Below are positions 15,213 to 25,651 of a stretch of 64,000 nt of DNA, in pieces (within the stretch, counting starts at the first letter, position 1; the number at the start of each line of letters is the position of its first letter). The translations under genes and the position numbers were made by a program. The DNA comes from a virus. The notes beneath the pieces are model-generated. The model did no database searches, was not told the DNA's origin, and saw nothing but the letters and a program-made list of their open reading frames with translations. The DNA lies in the IMG/VR virus record IMGVR_UViG_3300043444_000400, positions 7,061 to 71,060 of that record; one strand, written 5' to 3'.

Positions 15213-15988
15213 TTTCAATTCTTAATGCAGACTGTTCAGCTAGTGAGTTCATTATTGGTACTCCCAATGGTGAGCTAAGGCAAAAACATAATGTAAGAAA
15301 GCTTTACAGTGATGTAACTTTTGTAGCACAGGCACTCCTGAACAACCCTGCTTTTAGTAATAAGCCTCTTTTTGTAGAAGCTCTTATGCGAAATAAGATG
15401 CTAGATTCCTCATACTCTATCCTTGAAAGGTCTATTAAAGAGAGCTTTAACCATAGGGGTATTAATGTAGAGACCTTTAAGGAAAAAGTAGGTAGACACA
15501 GATGTTATAAGCTAGTAGAGAATCTATATAGAGGAGTATATAACCCTTATGTTTGGGATTTATACAGCCATCTAACTTCTGTTAATCTACAGACTCTTCT
15601 ATCTGATGAACTATATATTACTGATACAGGAATGGTTGTTGGCTACCTTAAAACATCTGCTAAAGGACACTTTAACGGAGGACAGGTAGTTCTTGATAAC
15701 GAGGTATATAGGATTGAATCAGAGGGACTTATTAAGGGGATTGTCTTTAGTCCTATAACAAAATCTAGTTTAGATGGAGGTAAATGTTATGTCTGTCTAA
15801 TTCCTATCTTTGCTTTTCGTGAAGATGGTATTGCAGCATTAAGAATTATTGGTCTACAACAAGATTCAATAACAAATACTAAAGTTAAAGCTAGTCAAAT
15901 GGAAAGTACAAAAGACCTTTCTTTTGATACAATGGTTCAGTCATACACAGACGTGCCAAGTATTTACACAAGCTTTTGGCACAATTAA
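15206..15988 (+). CDS. hypothetical protein, weak RIIB-like similarity
   Basis: LVENL...WDLYSHL...YITDTGMVVGYLK recalls the rIIB ELYxFL...ITxDGxFLAYK pattern. Confidence 0.4.
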   Translation: MLISILNADCSASEFIIGTPNGELRQKHNVRKLYSDVTFVAQALLNNPAFSNKPLFVEALMRNKMLDSSYSILERSIKESFNHRGINVETFKEKVGRHRCYKLVENLYRGVYNPYVWDLYSHLTSVNLQTLLSDELYITDTGMVVGYLKTSAKGHFNGGQVVLDNEVYRIESEGLIKGIVFSPITKSSLDGGKCYVCLIPIFAFREDGIAALRIIGLQQDSITNTKVKASQMESTKDLSFDTMVQSYTDVPSIYTSFWHN

Positions 15989-16008
15989 CGAAAGAAAAGG
16001 AACAAACT

Positions 16009-16449
16009 ATGTCAGTTGAAAATAAAATTACTGCTACTTTCTGGGTTACAGGTAAGAGTAAGCAGGTTAAGAATGTTAACGGGAAAACTCTTGTTAGCTT
16101 TTCCGGTGGTAAATTCGTGAGTGCTAAGACTTCCGAGTATCTTAAGAGTAAGAACCAATACCCTGAATACATTAATGTCAGTGTTTGGGAAGGAGATAAG
16201 ATGTTCGATGAAGTTAATGCTATCGAACTTGGTGAAAATGAAAGTCGATTGATGAAAGTCACCGGAGGTTTTGAAACTCGTGCATATATTGGTAAAGACC
16301 AAACTGCTAAAGCTCAACTAGATATCAAGTTTCTTGAGTCTATTGAATTGCTTGAAGCTAAGGGAGATACAAATAACAGCATGAGTAGTCGTGCAGCAGG
16401 AGCAGCTAGTCAAGCAGCAAATGCAGCTTCTGACGATATTCCCTTCTAA
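16009..16449 (+). CDS. ssb: single-stranded DNA-binding protein
   Basis: OB-fold-like (YINVSVW, VTGGFETRAY), acidic tail ending DDIPF. Confidence 0.85.
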   Translation: MSVENKITATFWVTGKSKQVKNVNGKTLVSFSGGKFVSAKTSEYLKSKNQYPEYINVSVWEGDKMFDEVNAIELGENESRLMKVTGGFETRAYIGKDQTAKAQLDIKFLESIELLEAKGDTNNSMSSRAAGAASQAANAASDDIPF

Positions 16450-16527
16450 TTAACCCTTCCCTCTTAATATCTACGTCAAACGGTTAGGCCATGGTAGTAT
16501 GTAGCTAACATTTAGTTACTTATTATC

Positions 16528-17469
16528 ATGGCTATTTCAAAATTAAGCGATATTGTGACCACTACAGACCCTGAAACAGGTATTCGGTCTTACATAGATA
16601 AAAACTCTCTAGAAACTCAATATAAGTCTGTAACAACTATTATTGGTAAGTTTGAAGACAAAGAGTTTCTAAAGGTATGGAGAAATCAAGTAGGAGAAGA
16701 TGCTGCAAAAGAAATTATGCAGAACTCAGCTTCTTTAGGGACTAGAGTACATAAAGCAAATGAGTTATATTTTACTTCCCCTTCAGATAAATACTTAAGT
16801 TATACTCATGACCTTGATACTCAAACTTATACTCGTCATCGTTGTTATTTACCTTTATTGGCAAACTTAACTGTTCTAGGACATTATGATACTCCTCTGC
16901 TAGAACAGAAGTTAATTACTGAAGTTGTTATTGAAGGTTCTAAATATGGATTTGGAGGGACACCCGATTTAGTTGGAACAATGGCAATTGATAGAGCTTG
17001 TAAATTGTTCTACCCTAATTGGCACCTTAAGAACACGATTGATGAATCTTTCTTTAATAAGCATGACTTAGAAAGAAAGCAAATTACTTTCGTTGCTGAC
17101 TATAAGAACTGGAGAGGTAATAGTAAAGGAAGTTCTGATTTACTTAAAACTTTCCTTCAGTTATCCGCCTATATGATTCTTGTTAATCAGTTCGTTGATG
17201 ACCCATTTAAGGTTCGTCATGGTTTTATCTTTGGGACTACAGGGGATAACAAGTTAGCAATTTATTATTTGAACTTTACCAAGATGTGCTGGTACGCACA
17301 ATGGTTTTTATATTTCTGTAAAGCTTTCTATGATGATACTCCTATGAGTTGGTCTGATTTTAAGTACGAATCATTCAAAGACAATAAATACAAACCTGTG
17401 AGGTTATATGTCAAAGGCGTTAACATGGGAGAAGATGAAGACCCTGATTCCACAGAATCTTCTGCATGA
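16528..17469 (+). CDS. PD-(D/E)XK exonuclease (phage exonuclease / Cas4-like)
   Basis: SVTTII...GTRVH...E...GTPD...DYK...QLSAY. Confidence 0.85.
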   Translation: MAISKLSDIVTTTDPETGIRSYIDKNSLETQYKSVTTIIGKFEDKEFLKVWRNQVGEDAAKEIMQNSASLGTRVHKANELYFTSPSDKYLSYTHDLDTQTYTRHRCYLPLLANLTVLGHYDTPLLEQKLITEVVIEGSKYGFGGTPDLVGTMAIDRACKLFYPNWHLKNTIDESFFNKHDLERKQITFVADYKNWRGNSKGSSDLLKTFLQLSAYMILVNQFVDDPFKVRHGFIFGTTGDNKLAIYYLNFTKMCWYAQWFLYFCKAFYDDTPMSWSDFKYESFKDNKYKPVRLYVKGVNMGEDEDPDSTESSA

Positions 17470-18271
17470 ACTAGACCCTGTATTAGCATTACTTAAATCC
17501 TATAATTATCGAGTATTTATCTCTGGAGGCACTCTAACAATTGGGTGCCTTAATTATTTCTGTAATAGGGAAATCCCTGATTCTCATATTGAAGACTTAG
17601 ATATCTTTGTTATAGGAGGTTATACTCAATCTTTTTATAAAGCTCTTAATGATATTGGTCTATATGAGGATAAGTATAATAACTCTTATCGGTATGCAAG
17701 TACCTTTGCAAATTATAAGACAAGAGACCACAAAATCAATGTTCTGTTATACGAAAGTAAATATGATGAAGAAGGAATACTGAATAGATTTGATTTGTTC
17801 TGTAATCAGATTGGATATAACGTAACTAATGAGTGCTTTCATTTTAGTAATCAGTTTATTAACTTTCTAGATACTGATGACCTATTAGTTCATAAGTGGC
17901 ATGATAACAGAACATTTGCAAGGATGTTTTATAAGCAAGCACAGTATAAGCTTAAGCCTAACTGTATGGACCCTTATCTGCTAAGCTTTATCACACCTGG
18001 GTATTTTACACTTAACTACAATAACAAGAGTAATGAATGGTTAAAAGCTAGTGCTATTCTTTCCATTAATACTTGGGTACAGGATAAACCTTATGTATCA
18101 GTTGAAAAAAGCAGTACTAATATGGTTCTTGTTTTTGATGAAGACAAATTCCCCGAAGACCTACATGTGCCAAAGCGAACTGTTACTTTTGATGAGGCTG
18201 GATCCTCCGAAGACTTATATAGATCAAAGCGAACTGTTATTTTCTATAGAGAACCTAGTCTAGACTTATAA
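17408..18271 (+). CDS. nucleotidyltransferase (CCA-adding / poly(A) polymerase head-like)
   Basis: FISGG...DLDIFV and RFDL motifs. Confidence 0.65.
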   Translation: MSKALTWEKMKTLIPQNLLHELDPVLALLKSYNYRVFISGGTLTIGCLNYFCNREIPDSHIEDLDIFVIGGYTQSFYKALNDIGLYEDKYNNSYRYASTFANYKTRDHKINVLLYESKYDEEGILNRFDLFCNQIGYNVTNECFHFSNQFINFLDTDDLLVHKWHDNRTFARMFYKQAQYKLKPNCMDPYLLSFITPGYFTLNYNNKSNEWLKASAILSINTWVQDKPYVSVEKSSTNMVLVFDEDKFPEDLHVPKRTVTFDEAGSSEDLYRSKRTVIFYREPSLDL

Positions 18272-18275
18272 AATT

Positions 18276-19145
18276 ATGTTTAGACTTATTGACCATATAC
18301 ACCTACTGGATGTACAAGAACGAAAGAATAGCTATGTAAAAGCTGTATGTCCAGTATGTCAAGGAATAATTAAGTTCAACACCAATACTCATAGTTCTTA
18401 TTATGGTGCTTATAGTTGTTATTCACAAGGATGTAGTTCTAAGGACATACGAAAAGCTTTAGGGTTAGTAGAAGATAATCCTTACGATTTCTATGTATCT
18501 TCAACACCTAATGAATTTATTCCTTCCCCTATAGATATACAAAAACCCGTTATTCTATGTAAGGTAACTAATTATGCTAAACCTAAGCAGTATTCTTTTT
18601 TCTCAATTGATTATCAAAACAATATTAACCTTACATATTATAAGTACACGGATAAAGTTAGAGTTAAGCGTATTGATACTCCAGATGAAAAAATCCCTGT
18701 ATTTGAAATCTTTGTAGATGGTCAATGGGTTAGCAAAGATACCGCTAAGTACATGGACTTATACCCTCTATATACAAATGGTACAGACCTAAGTACAGGT
18801 AATACAGTATTTATGGCAGAAGGTGAGAAGACTACAGATTATCTTTGTAGTTTAGGTCTACCTTGTTTTACACCTTGTGTAATTGGTTTTAACGTTGATT
18901 ATCTTTCGTTAACTCTTCAATCCTATTACGCAAGACACATAAAGAATGTGTATTATTTTCCTGATAATGACTTAGCCGGTGAGAGGAAAGCTAAAATAGT
19001 ATTACATGCTTGTTGGAATTCAGGCATAGGAGCTAAATCTATAAGCTTAAACGAGCTATTTCCTACTAAAGAGCTATTCAAAGGTATGGACTTAGCTGAT
19101 ATAGATAAAGAAGAATTATTATGTAATCTTAATGGATATTTTTAA
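18276..19145 (+). CDS. DNA primase (Zn finger + TOPRIM)
   Basis: CPVC...CYSQGC; EGEK; PDND..G; DLAD. Confidence 0.85.
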   Translation: MFRLIDHIHLLDVQERKNSYVKAVCPVCQGIIKFNTNTHSSYYGAYSCYSQGCSSKDIRKALGLVEDNPYDFYVSSTPNEFIPSPIDIQKPVILCKVTNYAKPKQYSFFSIDYQNNINLTYYKYTDKVRVKRIDTPDEKIPVFEIFVDGQWVSKDTAKYMDLYPLYTNGTDLSTGNTVFMAEGEKTTDYLCSLGLPCFTPCVIGFNVDYLSLTLQSYYARHIKNVYYFPDNDLAGERKAKIVLHACWNSGIGAKSISLNELFPTKELFKGMDLADIDKEELLCNLNGYF

Positions 19146-20784
19146 CATGGAAGAAAATATTTTTAACCCTAAAGAAGAACGGTCTTTTGTTATAACGAAA
19201 GAGAATATTGCTCTGCTATCAGATGATGAACGTTTAGCAATATTTGAAGCCCAGTGTAAAAGTATTGGTTCTGTTAAGGATATTCTAAAGAGAAAGTTCC
19301 TAATCAAGAAACTAGCTAGTTTGTTCTGGAATACTTTAGGGTTTAATGAGAAAGATATTAGAGATTGGATTCTTCTTAGTGAAAGAGAAGAAGAACGAGC
19401 TAAGTTTAAGCGTTTATGGAGTCTACAAGATATTGTTGACCATGATGTAACTTCAGCTTCCGATATTCTTCCAGGGGTCTTCCGTGATGGAGGACTACTC
19501 TATATTTTTGGAGGTAAAGCTAAGACTGGAAAAACTATTCTACTCTATTACATTGCAAGCTGTATTGTTCAAGGTAAAGAGTGCCTTGGTAGACCAGTGA
19601 AACGAGGTAAAGTTGATATCTTTCAGTTGGAAGAACCCCCTGGTCTATTTGTTAAGCGTCTACAAGAGGGTGGACTGGATAAAGACCAGCCTATTATTAA
19701 AGAACTTATTGATAATGATTATTTAAGAGTACATACAGATTTTAATATCACAACTGATTTACAGTGGCTTAAAGATTATTTGCTTGAGCGTAAACCACGT
19801 CTTGTCATTGTTGATTCCTTTCGTGCTGCTACACGCGATAGTGAGGTTAGTGAGAATAGTGCTGACTTTGGTAAATACGCCTATGCTCTACAGCGAATTG
19901 CTTCTATTACAGGGGTAACCATTGTTGTTATCCATCACCTTAACAAAAGTGCTGACCCTAGTAAAGGTGCGGATGGATTATCTGGTACAGGTTCTCTTGC
20001 GGGTGCTAATGATGGTATGGTGTTTCTCTACCCAGGTAATTCTGAATACAAGACTGATGAATGTACTCATGTAGTTGAATTATTGACAATTCCTCGTGAA
20101 GGTATTCCTTGTCATTTGGTTATTGGAAGAGACCCATATAGTAACCCTCATGGCTACTGGGAATATAAAGTACTTGATGAACTTAATGTAGACCCTGATA
20201 TTGTTAAATTCTCCAACCGTATTCTTAGTGTTCTATGTCGTCATGTTAATGAGCTTCTGTCTAAACATGATTTAGCTCAGAAACTTGGTATTGATTCAAG
20301 TAATAAACCCTTTAACTTTGCCTTAAGTCGTTTAGTTGAAGGTTGTCAAATTAATCGTACTAAGGAAAGAACCAATACGGGAACTATTTTTTATTACGGT
20401 GTAGATGATAATAACCCTTGGCCCTCGTACTTTAAGGGTTCTAGAGCTATGATTAATGACCTTGCTGATAAGGCTACGAGAATTACTACGGAGCAAGAGG
20501 CTAAGGATTTTGTAGGTAAGTTAACTCGTAGTGAACAAGCTTCTTTATGGGATGCCCTAGAAGAATCTGAACGTAATCGTTTCCTAAGACTTTATAATCC
20601 ACCTAAGTTTATTGAAGGTCAATGGGTGAGAAATACTGAAGGGGACATCTTATTGGTTACGAAAGTAGAGTTCTGTAATACTGCTAAAGTATGGAATTTC
20701 TATTGTGATAACAGTATGGATAAAAGTTATACAGCAGATATTCTTTCGTTAGAAACTAATTATAGTGAGGCAGCAGTTTTGTAA
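19132..20784 (+). CDS. RepA/AAA_25-type replicative helicase
   Basis: Walker A GKAKTGKT, Walker B VIVDS, VIHH..K, SGTGSL. Confidence 0.85.
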   Translation: MDIFNMEENIFNPKEERSFVITKENIALLSDDERLAIFEAQCKSIGSVKDILKRKFLIKKLASLFWNTLGFNEKDIRDWILLSEREEERAKFKRLWSLQDIVDHDVTSASDILPGVFRDGGLLYIFGGKAKTGKTILLYYIASCIVQGKECLGRPVKRGKVDIFQLEEPPGLFVKRLQEGGLDKDQPIIKELIDNDYLRVHTDFNITTDLQWLKDYLLERKPRLVIVDSFRAATRDSEVSENSADFGKYAYALQRIASITGVTIVVIHHLNKSADPSKGADGLSGTGSLAGANDGMVFLYPGNSEYKTDECTHVVELLTIPREGIPCHLVIGRDPYSNPHGYWEYKVLDELNVDPDIVKFSNRILSVLCRHVNELLSKHDLAQKLGIDSSNKPFNFALSRLVEGCQINRTKERTNTGTIFYYGVDDNNPWPSYFKGSRAMINDLADKATRITTEQEAKDFVGKLTRSEQASLWDALEESERNRFLRLYNPPKFIEGQWVRNTEGDILLVTKVEFCNTAKVWNFYCDNSMDKSYTADILSLETNYSEAAVL

Positions 20785-21035
20785 TGAATAAATTTGAATT
20801 CTTTCTAACTGAGTGTAAATTATATAATCCTAATATTTTATCTGGGTATAAGTTATGTGCAGGTACAGAAGAAGCAAGAGTGTATAACAACAACAAATAT
20901 AACCTACATATTAATCTTCGTAATGATGGAACTGTTACTGCTAGGGTTACTGAGCTATATACAAGTAAAACTAAGAGTTATGAATCTAAGCTATGTCCAA
21001 CTAAGTTCGTAGAGTTTATGAAACCTTATGCTTAA
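20784..21035 (+). CDS. hypothetical protein
   Basis: ORF track, TAATG coupling. Confidence 0.6.
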   Translation: MNKFEFFLTECKLYNPNILSGYKLCAGTEEARVYNNNKYNLHINLRNDGTVTARVTELYTSKTKSYESKLCPTKFVEFMKPYA

Positions 21036-23235
21036 GCAGCAATTAACTTGGAGTGACATTATTTCTCCTGATACTCCTCTACTCCCAAATATCTACTACC
21101 CATCCAATACAGAAGAATACAAGGAAGTTCTTACTGTTTTTAAGAACTCTAACGTTATTGCTTTTGATATTGAGACTTTTGGTGCTGAAAGTTGGGAAGC
21201 TCTATATGCTTGGAAAGGTAAGATTAGGTCTTTTCAAATTGGAATTAAATCAGATACACAGACATATGTAATTATTGTTGATTTAGGCGGTTGGAAAGAC
21301 CAGACTAATAAAACAACGAAAGAAAGAGTAGCTGAGCTTTGTGAAGACCCTATTTACAAAGAAACCATTGATACTCTAGAACAAAAACTATTTGATATTA
21401 ATGTTCAAGTTATTGGAGCTAATCTGGTCTTTGATGGTACTTATGTAAGAGTTCATCTGGGTTGGATTATTAGACAGATTAGAGATGTTGTAGTTTTATC
21501 TAGAGTTCTATGGGGAGGGGTTGGTAGCCGTAAGATTGACACTAAAGCAGTATGTGACTTATCTCATAGTTTCAAAGCTATTGCCTCTAGAGTTGGTATC
21601 AACATTGAGAAAGGTTTTGGTGCAAGTAACTGGGGATGGACTTTATCCAATGCTCAAGTTAACTATCAAGCCGAAGACGTTATATATCTCTTTCCCGTGT
21701 ATGAACGTCTTAAGTCTTTAATTATTCAAGCTGGTTGTGTTTATTCTGCTTATGTAGAGTGCCAATTTGTCACTACGGTTATTGAAATGCAGTATCAAGG
21801 TTTTCCAGTTGACTTAGAGTTAGCGGAAGAGTTTGTTACTAATAATAAATTACAAGTAGATAAATTAGTTGCTCTATGGGAAGAATGCTTTCCTAATATC
21901 TCTTATAGTTCTAATCCTCAAGTTCTTGATTGTCTTAACTCTAAGCTTACTCATAAGATTATGAGTGTAGATAAACAAGTTCTTAATACTCTAGATACAG
22001 AAGGTCTTAGTGATAAGGAGATAGAAGCTGTTGAAGGCTTAAAGAAAATTCGTAAGTTAGAAGTTTCTATTAAATACGTCCAAGGTATTTTAGATTATGC
22101 TTTTGACGGTGGTACTGGTAGAGTTGCTGTAAGAACACAATTTCATCAGAATGCTCCTGCTGGTACAGGTAGAACTTCTGTTACAGCTTCTATTGATAAA
22201 CATCCCATCGGGGTTCAATTACAGAATCCCGCTAAAGATATCCGTTATCTCTTTCGTCATACCAATCCTGATAAGGTCTTATTTACCTATGATGCCTCTG
22301 GTAGTCATATGCGTATTGCGGCTCAATATGCGGCTGATTATTGGTCCTCACTAGGTAATGACCCCTCTGAAATGCTTATTGTTAAGATTTTCAGAGATGA
22401 CTTTGATGGGCACTCTGTATTTGGAGTAGATATTGCTAATCGTTTATTTGGTAAGAACTGGACTGAAGCTCAGTTCATGGCTAAACGAAAGGAAACTGAT
22501 GCGGATGGTAACCCTACAGCAGATGCAGTGATTGCTAAGTTTTGTAGAGAGAAAGGAGCTAAACCAGGATTTTATTCTTGTATTAATGGAGCAGGATGGA
22601 ATAAGAATTTATCTACTTTTGTAGCTAATGGTTTTACTTGTGATGTAGAAGATGCTAAGTATATTACTTCTAGATTGGAATATCATCACCCTGGTCTCTT
22701 AGGTTTTATTAAATCTAGACCAGAAGTAATTAATAGTATTGATATATTATTCCCTTTCGTTGATCGTAATGGGAATGATATGAGTTCACAAAAGTATTCC
22801 TACGTTCAAGCTCTTACGGGTAGACGACAATATTTGCGAAAATATCCTAAACGTAAATATGATAGAGACCTTAAGAGATTTCTTGATAATGAATATGAGG
22901 TTAATAACAAGGGAGAGATTATTTATGAGGTTAACTATACCAATAGTATTGCTGCTCATTGGTTATTAGTAGAATCTGATGTTATGAAAGAGGTAGCTGC
23001 TAGACTTCAGAATGAATTTCATGAACATCCTGAATGGGGTGCGGTTATCTTTAATATGGTTCATGATGAATTTAATGGGGAGTGTAATGTAGAGTATAAA
23101 GAAGTTGTAGGTAAGTTAATTCAGACAATCTTCAGAGAATGTTTCTCTAAGTGGGTTAAGATTATTCCTGTCCTTGATGAAAAGTTTGAAGAAGACCCTT
23201 GTTGCGGTTTTATGGCTAGTTGGGATGAAAAATAA
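21028..23235 (+). CDS. polA: family A DNA polymerase with 3'-5' exonuclease (divergent motifs)
   Basis: ExoI DIET, ExoIII YQAED, TGRTS, LQN, motif A YDASGSHMR, motif C VHDE. Confidence 0.9.
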   Translation: MLKQQLTWSDIISPDTPLLPNIYYPSNTEEYKEVLTVFKNSNVIAFDIETFGAESWEALYAWKGKIRSFQIGIKSDTQTYVIIVDLGGWKDQTNKTTKERVAELCEDPIYKETIDTLEQKLFDINVQVIGANLVFDGTYVRVHLGWIIRQIRDVVVLSRVLWGGVGSRKIDTKAVCDLSHSFKAIASRVGINIEKGFGASNWGWTLSNAQVNYQAEDVIYLFPVYERLKSLIIQAGCVYSAYVECQFVTTVIEMQYQGFPVDLELAEEFVTNNKLQVDKLVALWEECFPNISYSSNPQVLDCLNSKLTHKIMSVDKQVLNTLDTEGLSDKEIEAVEGLKKIRKLEVSIKYVQGILDYAFDGGTGRVAVRTQFHQNAPAGTGRTSVTASIDKHPIGVQLQNPAKDIRYLFRHTNPDKVLFTYDASGSHMRIAAQYAADYWSSLGNDPSEMLIVKIFRDDFDGHSVFGVDIANRLFGKNWTEAQFMAKRKETDADGNPTADAVIAKFCREKGAKPGFYSCINGAGWNKNLSTFVANGFTCDVEDAKYITSRLEYHHPGLLGFIKSRPEVINSIDILFPFVDRNGNDMSSQKYSYVQALTGRRQYLRKYPKRKYDRDLKRFLDNEYEVNNKGEIIYEVNYTNSIAAHWLLVESDVMKEVAARLQNEFHEHPEWGAVIFNMVHDEFNGECNVEYKEVVGKLIQTIFRECFSKWVKIIPVLDEKFEEDPCCGFMASWDEK

Positions 23236-23513
23236 TGACAAAAGAAGATTTTATTACTGAAATACTCCCTATACTTGGTACTTTGGGTATTTCCAAAAAT
23301 TATGTAGAGAAAAATACAGTTATTCAAGAAATGGAGTATAGAGGGAAGCCGATGCTGCGGTATAATTTGGCTTTCGGTAACTGTGATTTATTTGTTGACG
23401 TAGGGGATGCAATATCTGCAACTTGGTACTTCTATAATGGCCGCTATGGGACTACCGGCTCTTCATTCAAACAAGTATTTATTGGTTATGCCTCTATAGT
23501 TAGTGAGACCTAA
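23235..23513 (+). CDS. hypothetical protein, MTKEDFIT paralog family
   Basis: First 25 nt identical to the next gene. Confidence 0.7.
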   Translation: MTKEDFITEILPILGTLGISKNYVEKNTVIQEMEYRGKPMLRYNLAFGNCDLFVDVGDAISATWYFYNGRYGTTGSSFKQVFIGYASIVSET

Positions 23514-23518
23514 GTTGT

Positions 23519-23818
23519 ATGACAAAAGAAGATTTTATTACTGTGATATGCCCGGTACTTAATCTTTTAGGTATTACGAAAGAAGATATTGAGAATCTTA
23601 CTGAAGCTCGTACTTATAAAGAGAAAGAACGGCTGTGGATAATCTATGGGTTTCACTATGGCCACTGTAGTATTGAGGCTCATTCACAAGAAGGTAGACC
23701 TGTAGGTTGGTCTATAACTAACAATCATGATAGATGTGAAATACAAGGCAATTCTTTTAATAGTTGTATTCTTGGTATGTTTGGCCTAGAATCCACTACT
23801 CTGTTTCATTTCTTTTAA
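23519..23818 (+). CDS. hypothetical protein, MTKEDFIT paralog family
   Basis: Paralog of 23235..23513. Confidence 0.7.
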   Translation: MTKEDFITVICPVLNLLGITKEDIENLTEARTYKEKERLWIIYGFHYGHCSIEAHSQEGRPVGWSITNNHDRCEIQGNSFNSCILGMFGLESTTLFHFF

Positions 23819-23821
23819 TTT

Positions 23822-24121
23822 ATGGGCACTAAAACTAGACGCACTATAGCTTTGGGTTTATTCTATAGCCCATTAAGTATACAGAATACGTATAATAATT
23901 TTCTTATGTGCGCAATTGATGTATACGATGACCTTTGGACTAAGTATGATGTTAACTGGAATTTTTGTTTTTATTCAGAAAAAGAGCGTAACATAACCTC
24001 TCATAATTGGGTTAGTTGGCATGATGACAATAGGTATGAAGGGTTTGTCTTAAGCCTAACGACACCCATTCTTAAAGTTATATTCTATTTTGGTAAAGAT
24101 ACAGGTGGGCCAGGATTTTGA
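23822..24121 (+). CDS. hypothetical protein
   Basis: ORF track. Confidence 0.6.
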   Translation: MGTKTRRTIALGLFYSPLSIQNTYNNFLMCAIDVYDDLWTKYDVNWNFCFYSEKERNITSHNWVSWHDDNRYEGFVLSLTTPILKVIFYFGKDTGGPGF

Positions 24122-24222
24122 TGATTTCCTAAGAGAAGATAATACCCTAGATGAATGTACTAAGGTTGCTTTATCTAGGGTTAATTTTTTCTGTAAATTA
24201 GTATTTTTTATTTTTATGATTA

Positions 24223-24522
24223 ATGAGCCATAAAGCTTTTACTAAAAACTTATCTAGAGTCTTAGACATCTTAGAGCTTAAGCTTAAGGATGGTGAACTA
24301 TATATTAATTCCAATACTAGATGTGGTGTGCTAAGTGAATACAGTTATGCTTGGACTTCAAAAGATAAAAATTTCCATGTGAGAGTTTTCTTAGCTGATT
24401 GGTATTCCCCTTTTACTCAAGCTTTATGGGAATTCTTTTATAAGGATAAGTTTATCTTTAGTAATGATTACTTTGTACAGTTCTTAATTGAATTAAGGAA
24501 ATGGAAAGATGAGTATAGTTGA
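24223..24522 (+). CDS. hypothetical protein
   Basis: ORF track; possibly a distant MTKEDFIT family member. Confidence 0.6.
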   Translation: MSHKAFTKNLSRVLDILELKLKDGELYINSNTRCGVLSEYSYAWTSKDKNFHVRVFLADWYSPFTQALWEFFYKDKFIFSNDYFVQFLIELRKWKDEYS

Positions 24523-24820
24523 ATTTATATCCGGTATTAAGATCATTATTAATAAACTTAAACTTCCTGTTGAAACCGACAACTTAATTGTTACCACTTC
24601 TCTTAAGGATATTAAGAGCTTTAATAGTAAAGGTGAATGTATAGATTGTATTGGCCCTTATGAAATCTTCGAGTGGGGGTTCGGTAACATAGAGATTCGC
24701 ACTACTAAGTATGATGAATGGGTCTTTATTGTTCGCCCTAGCGATGAAGTTTTAGCAATCTCAAACATTGGGGTTGACCACTTTATTAGTCTTTTGATGA
24801 AGAAGAAAAAAAGCGATTAA
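24509..24820 (+). CDS. hypothetical protein
   Basis: ORF track. Confidence 0.6.
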   Translation: MSIVEFISGIKIIINKLKLPVETDNLIVTTSLKDIKSFNSKGECIDCIGPYEIFEWGFGNIEIRTTKYDEWVFIVRPSDEVLAISNIGVDHFISLLMKKKKSD

Positions 24821-24832
24821 GGAACTTATACT

Positions 24833-25648
24833 GTGAGTAATAACAATGTAGCAGTAATCAGTGATATTCACCTTGAATATAGAACTGAAGATAATGTTAA
24901 TGAGGTTCTTGAATACCTAAGGTCTCTTAGCGGTAAAGCTATTTTTGTAGCAGGGGATGTATGTCCTGTAACAGCTCCTTGGTATAAAGACTTCTTTCTT
25001 TCGTTGTCTAACTTTAATCAAGTATTCTATGTCCCTGGTAATCATGAATACTATGGAACAACCTTAAGTGAAGGGAATAAGGTAATTAGTTCTGTGTTTA
25101 AGGAGTTAGGAAGTAAATATGTACGAGTTGAGTCTACTCGACAATACTTGTTAACTGTAGACCGGGCTGAGTATCATCCTTTATTACCTGAACAATACCT
25201 AGTGTTAGGTGATACCTTATGGTACGGGGGTACGGATAATAGATTTAGCCCTAAAGAAGATGGAAGTTACACTCTATATAATCCTGACTGTTATCTATTA
25301 CAAGATAACCTTAATGATTTTAGACATATTAAAGACTGTACTGTTAATGATTTCTTAAACTTAGGAACACAACAAATTAATAACATCTTAAGCTTAAGAG
25401 ATAATACACAAGATGTAATTCTCTTTACACATCATATTCCTTTCTCTTTTGCTGTATCAGATAAATATAAAGGTGAAAGACTTAACTGCTATTTTGTTAA
25501 TCACATTAGTAATAACTTTTATCCTAAAGTTGTTATTCATGGACATACACATGAAAAGCGATGTCACGAATATTTGTCCAACGGTAGCCTATTGATGTGT
25601 AATCCTCAGCCTTACAAAGATGTTTGTGTAGAGTGGTTTAATCTTTAG
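24833..25648 (+). CDS. calcineurin-like metallophosphoesterase
   Basis: SDIH, AGD, PGNHEYY, THH, HGHTH. Confidence 0.9.
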   Translation: MSNNNVAVISDIHLEYRTEDNVNEVLEYLRSLSGKAIFVAGDVCPVTAPWYKDFFLSLSNFNQVFYVPGNHEYYGTTLSEGNKVISSVFKELGSKYVRVESTRQYLLTVDRAEYHPLLPEQYLVLGDTLWYGGTDNRFSPKEDGSYTLYNPDCYLLQDNLNDFRHIKDCTVNDFLNLGTQQINNILSLRDNTQDVILFTHHIPFSFAVSDKYKGERLNCYFVNHISNNFYPKVVIHGHTHEKRCHEYLSNGSLLMCNPQPYKDVCVEWFNL

Positions 25649-25651
25649 CTT

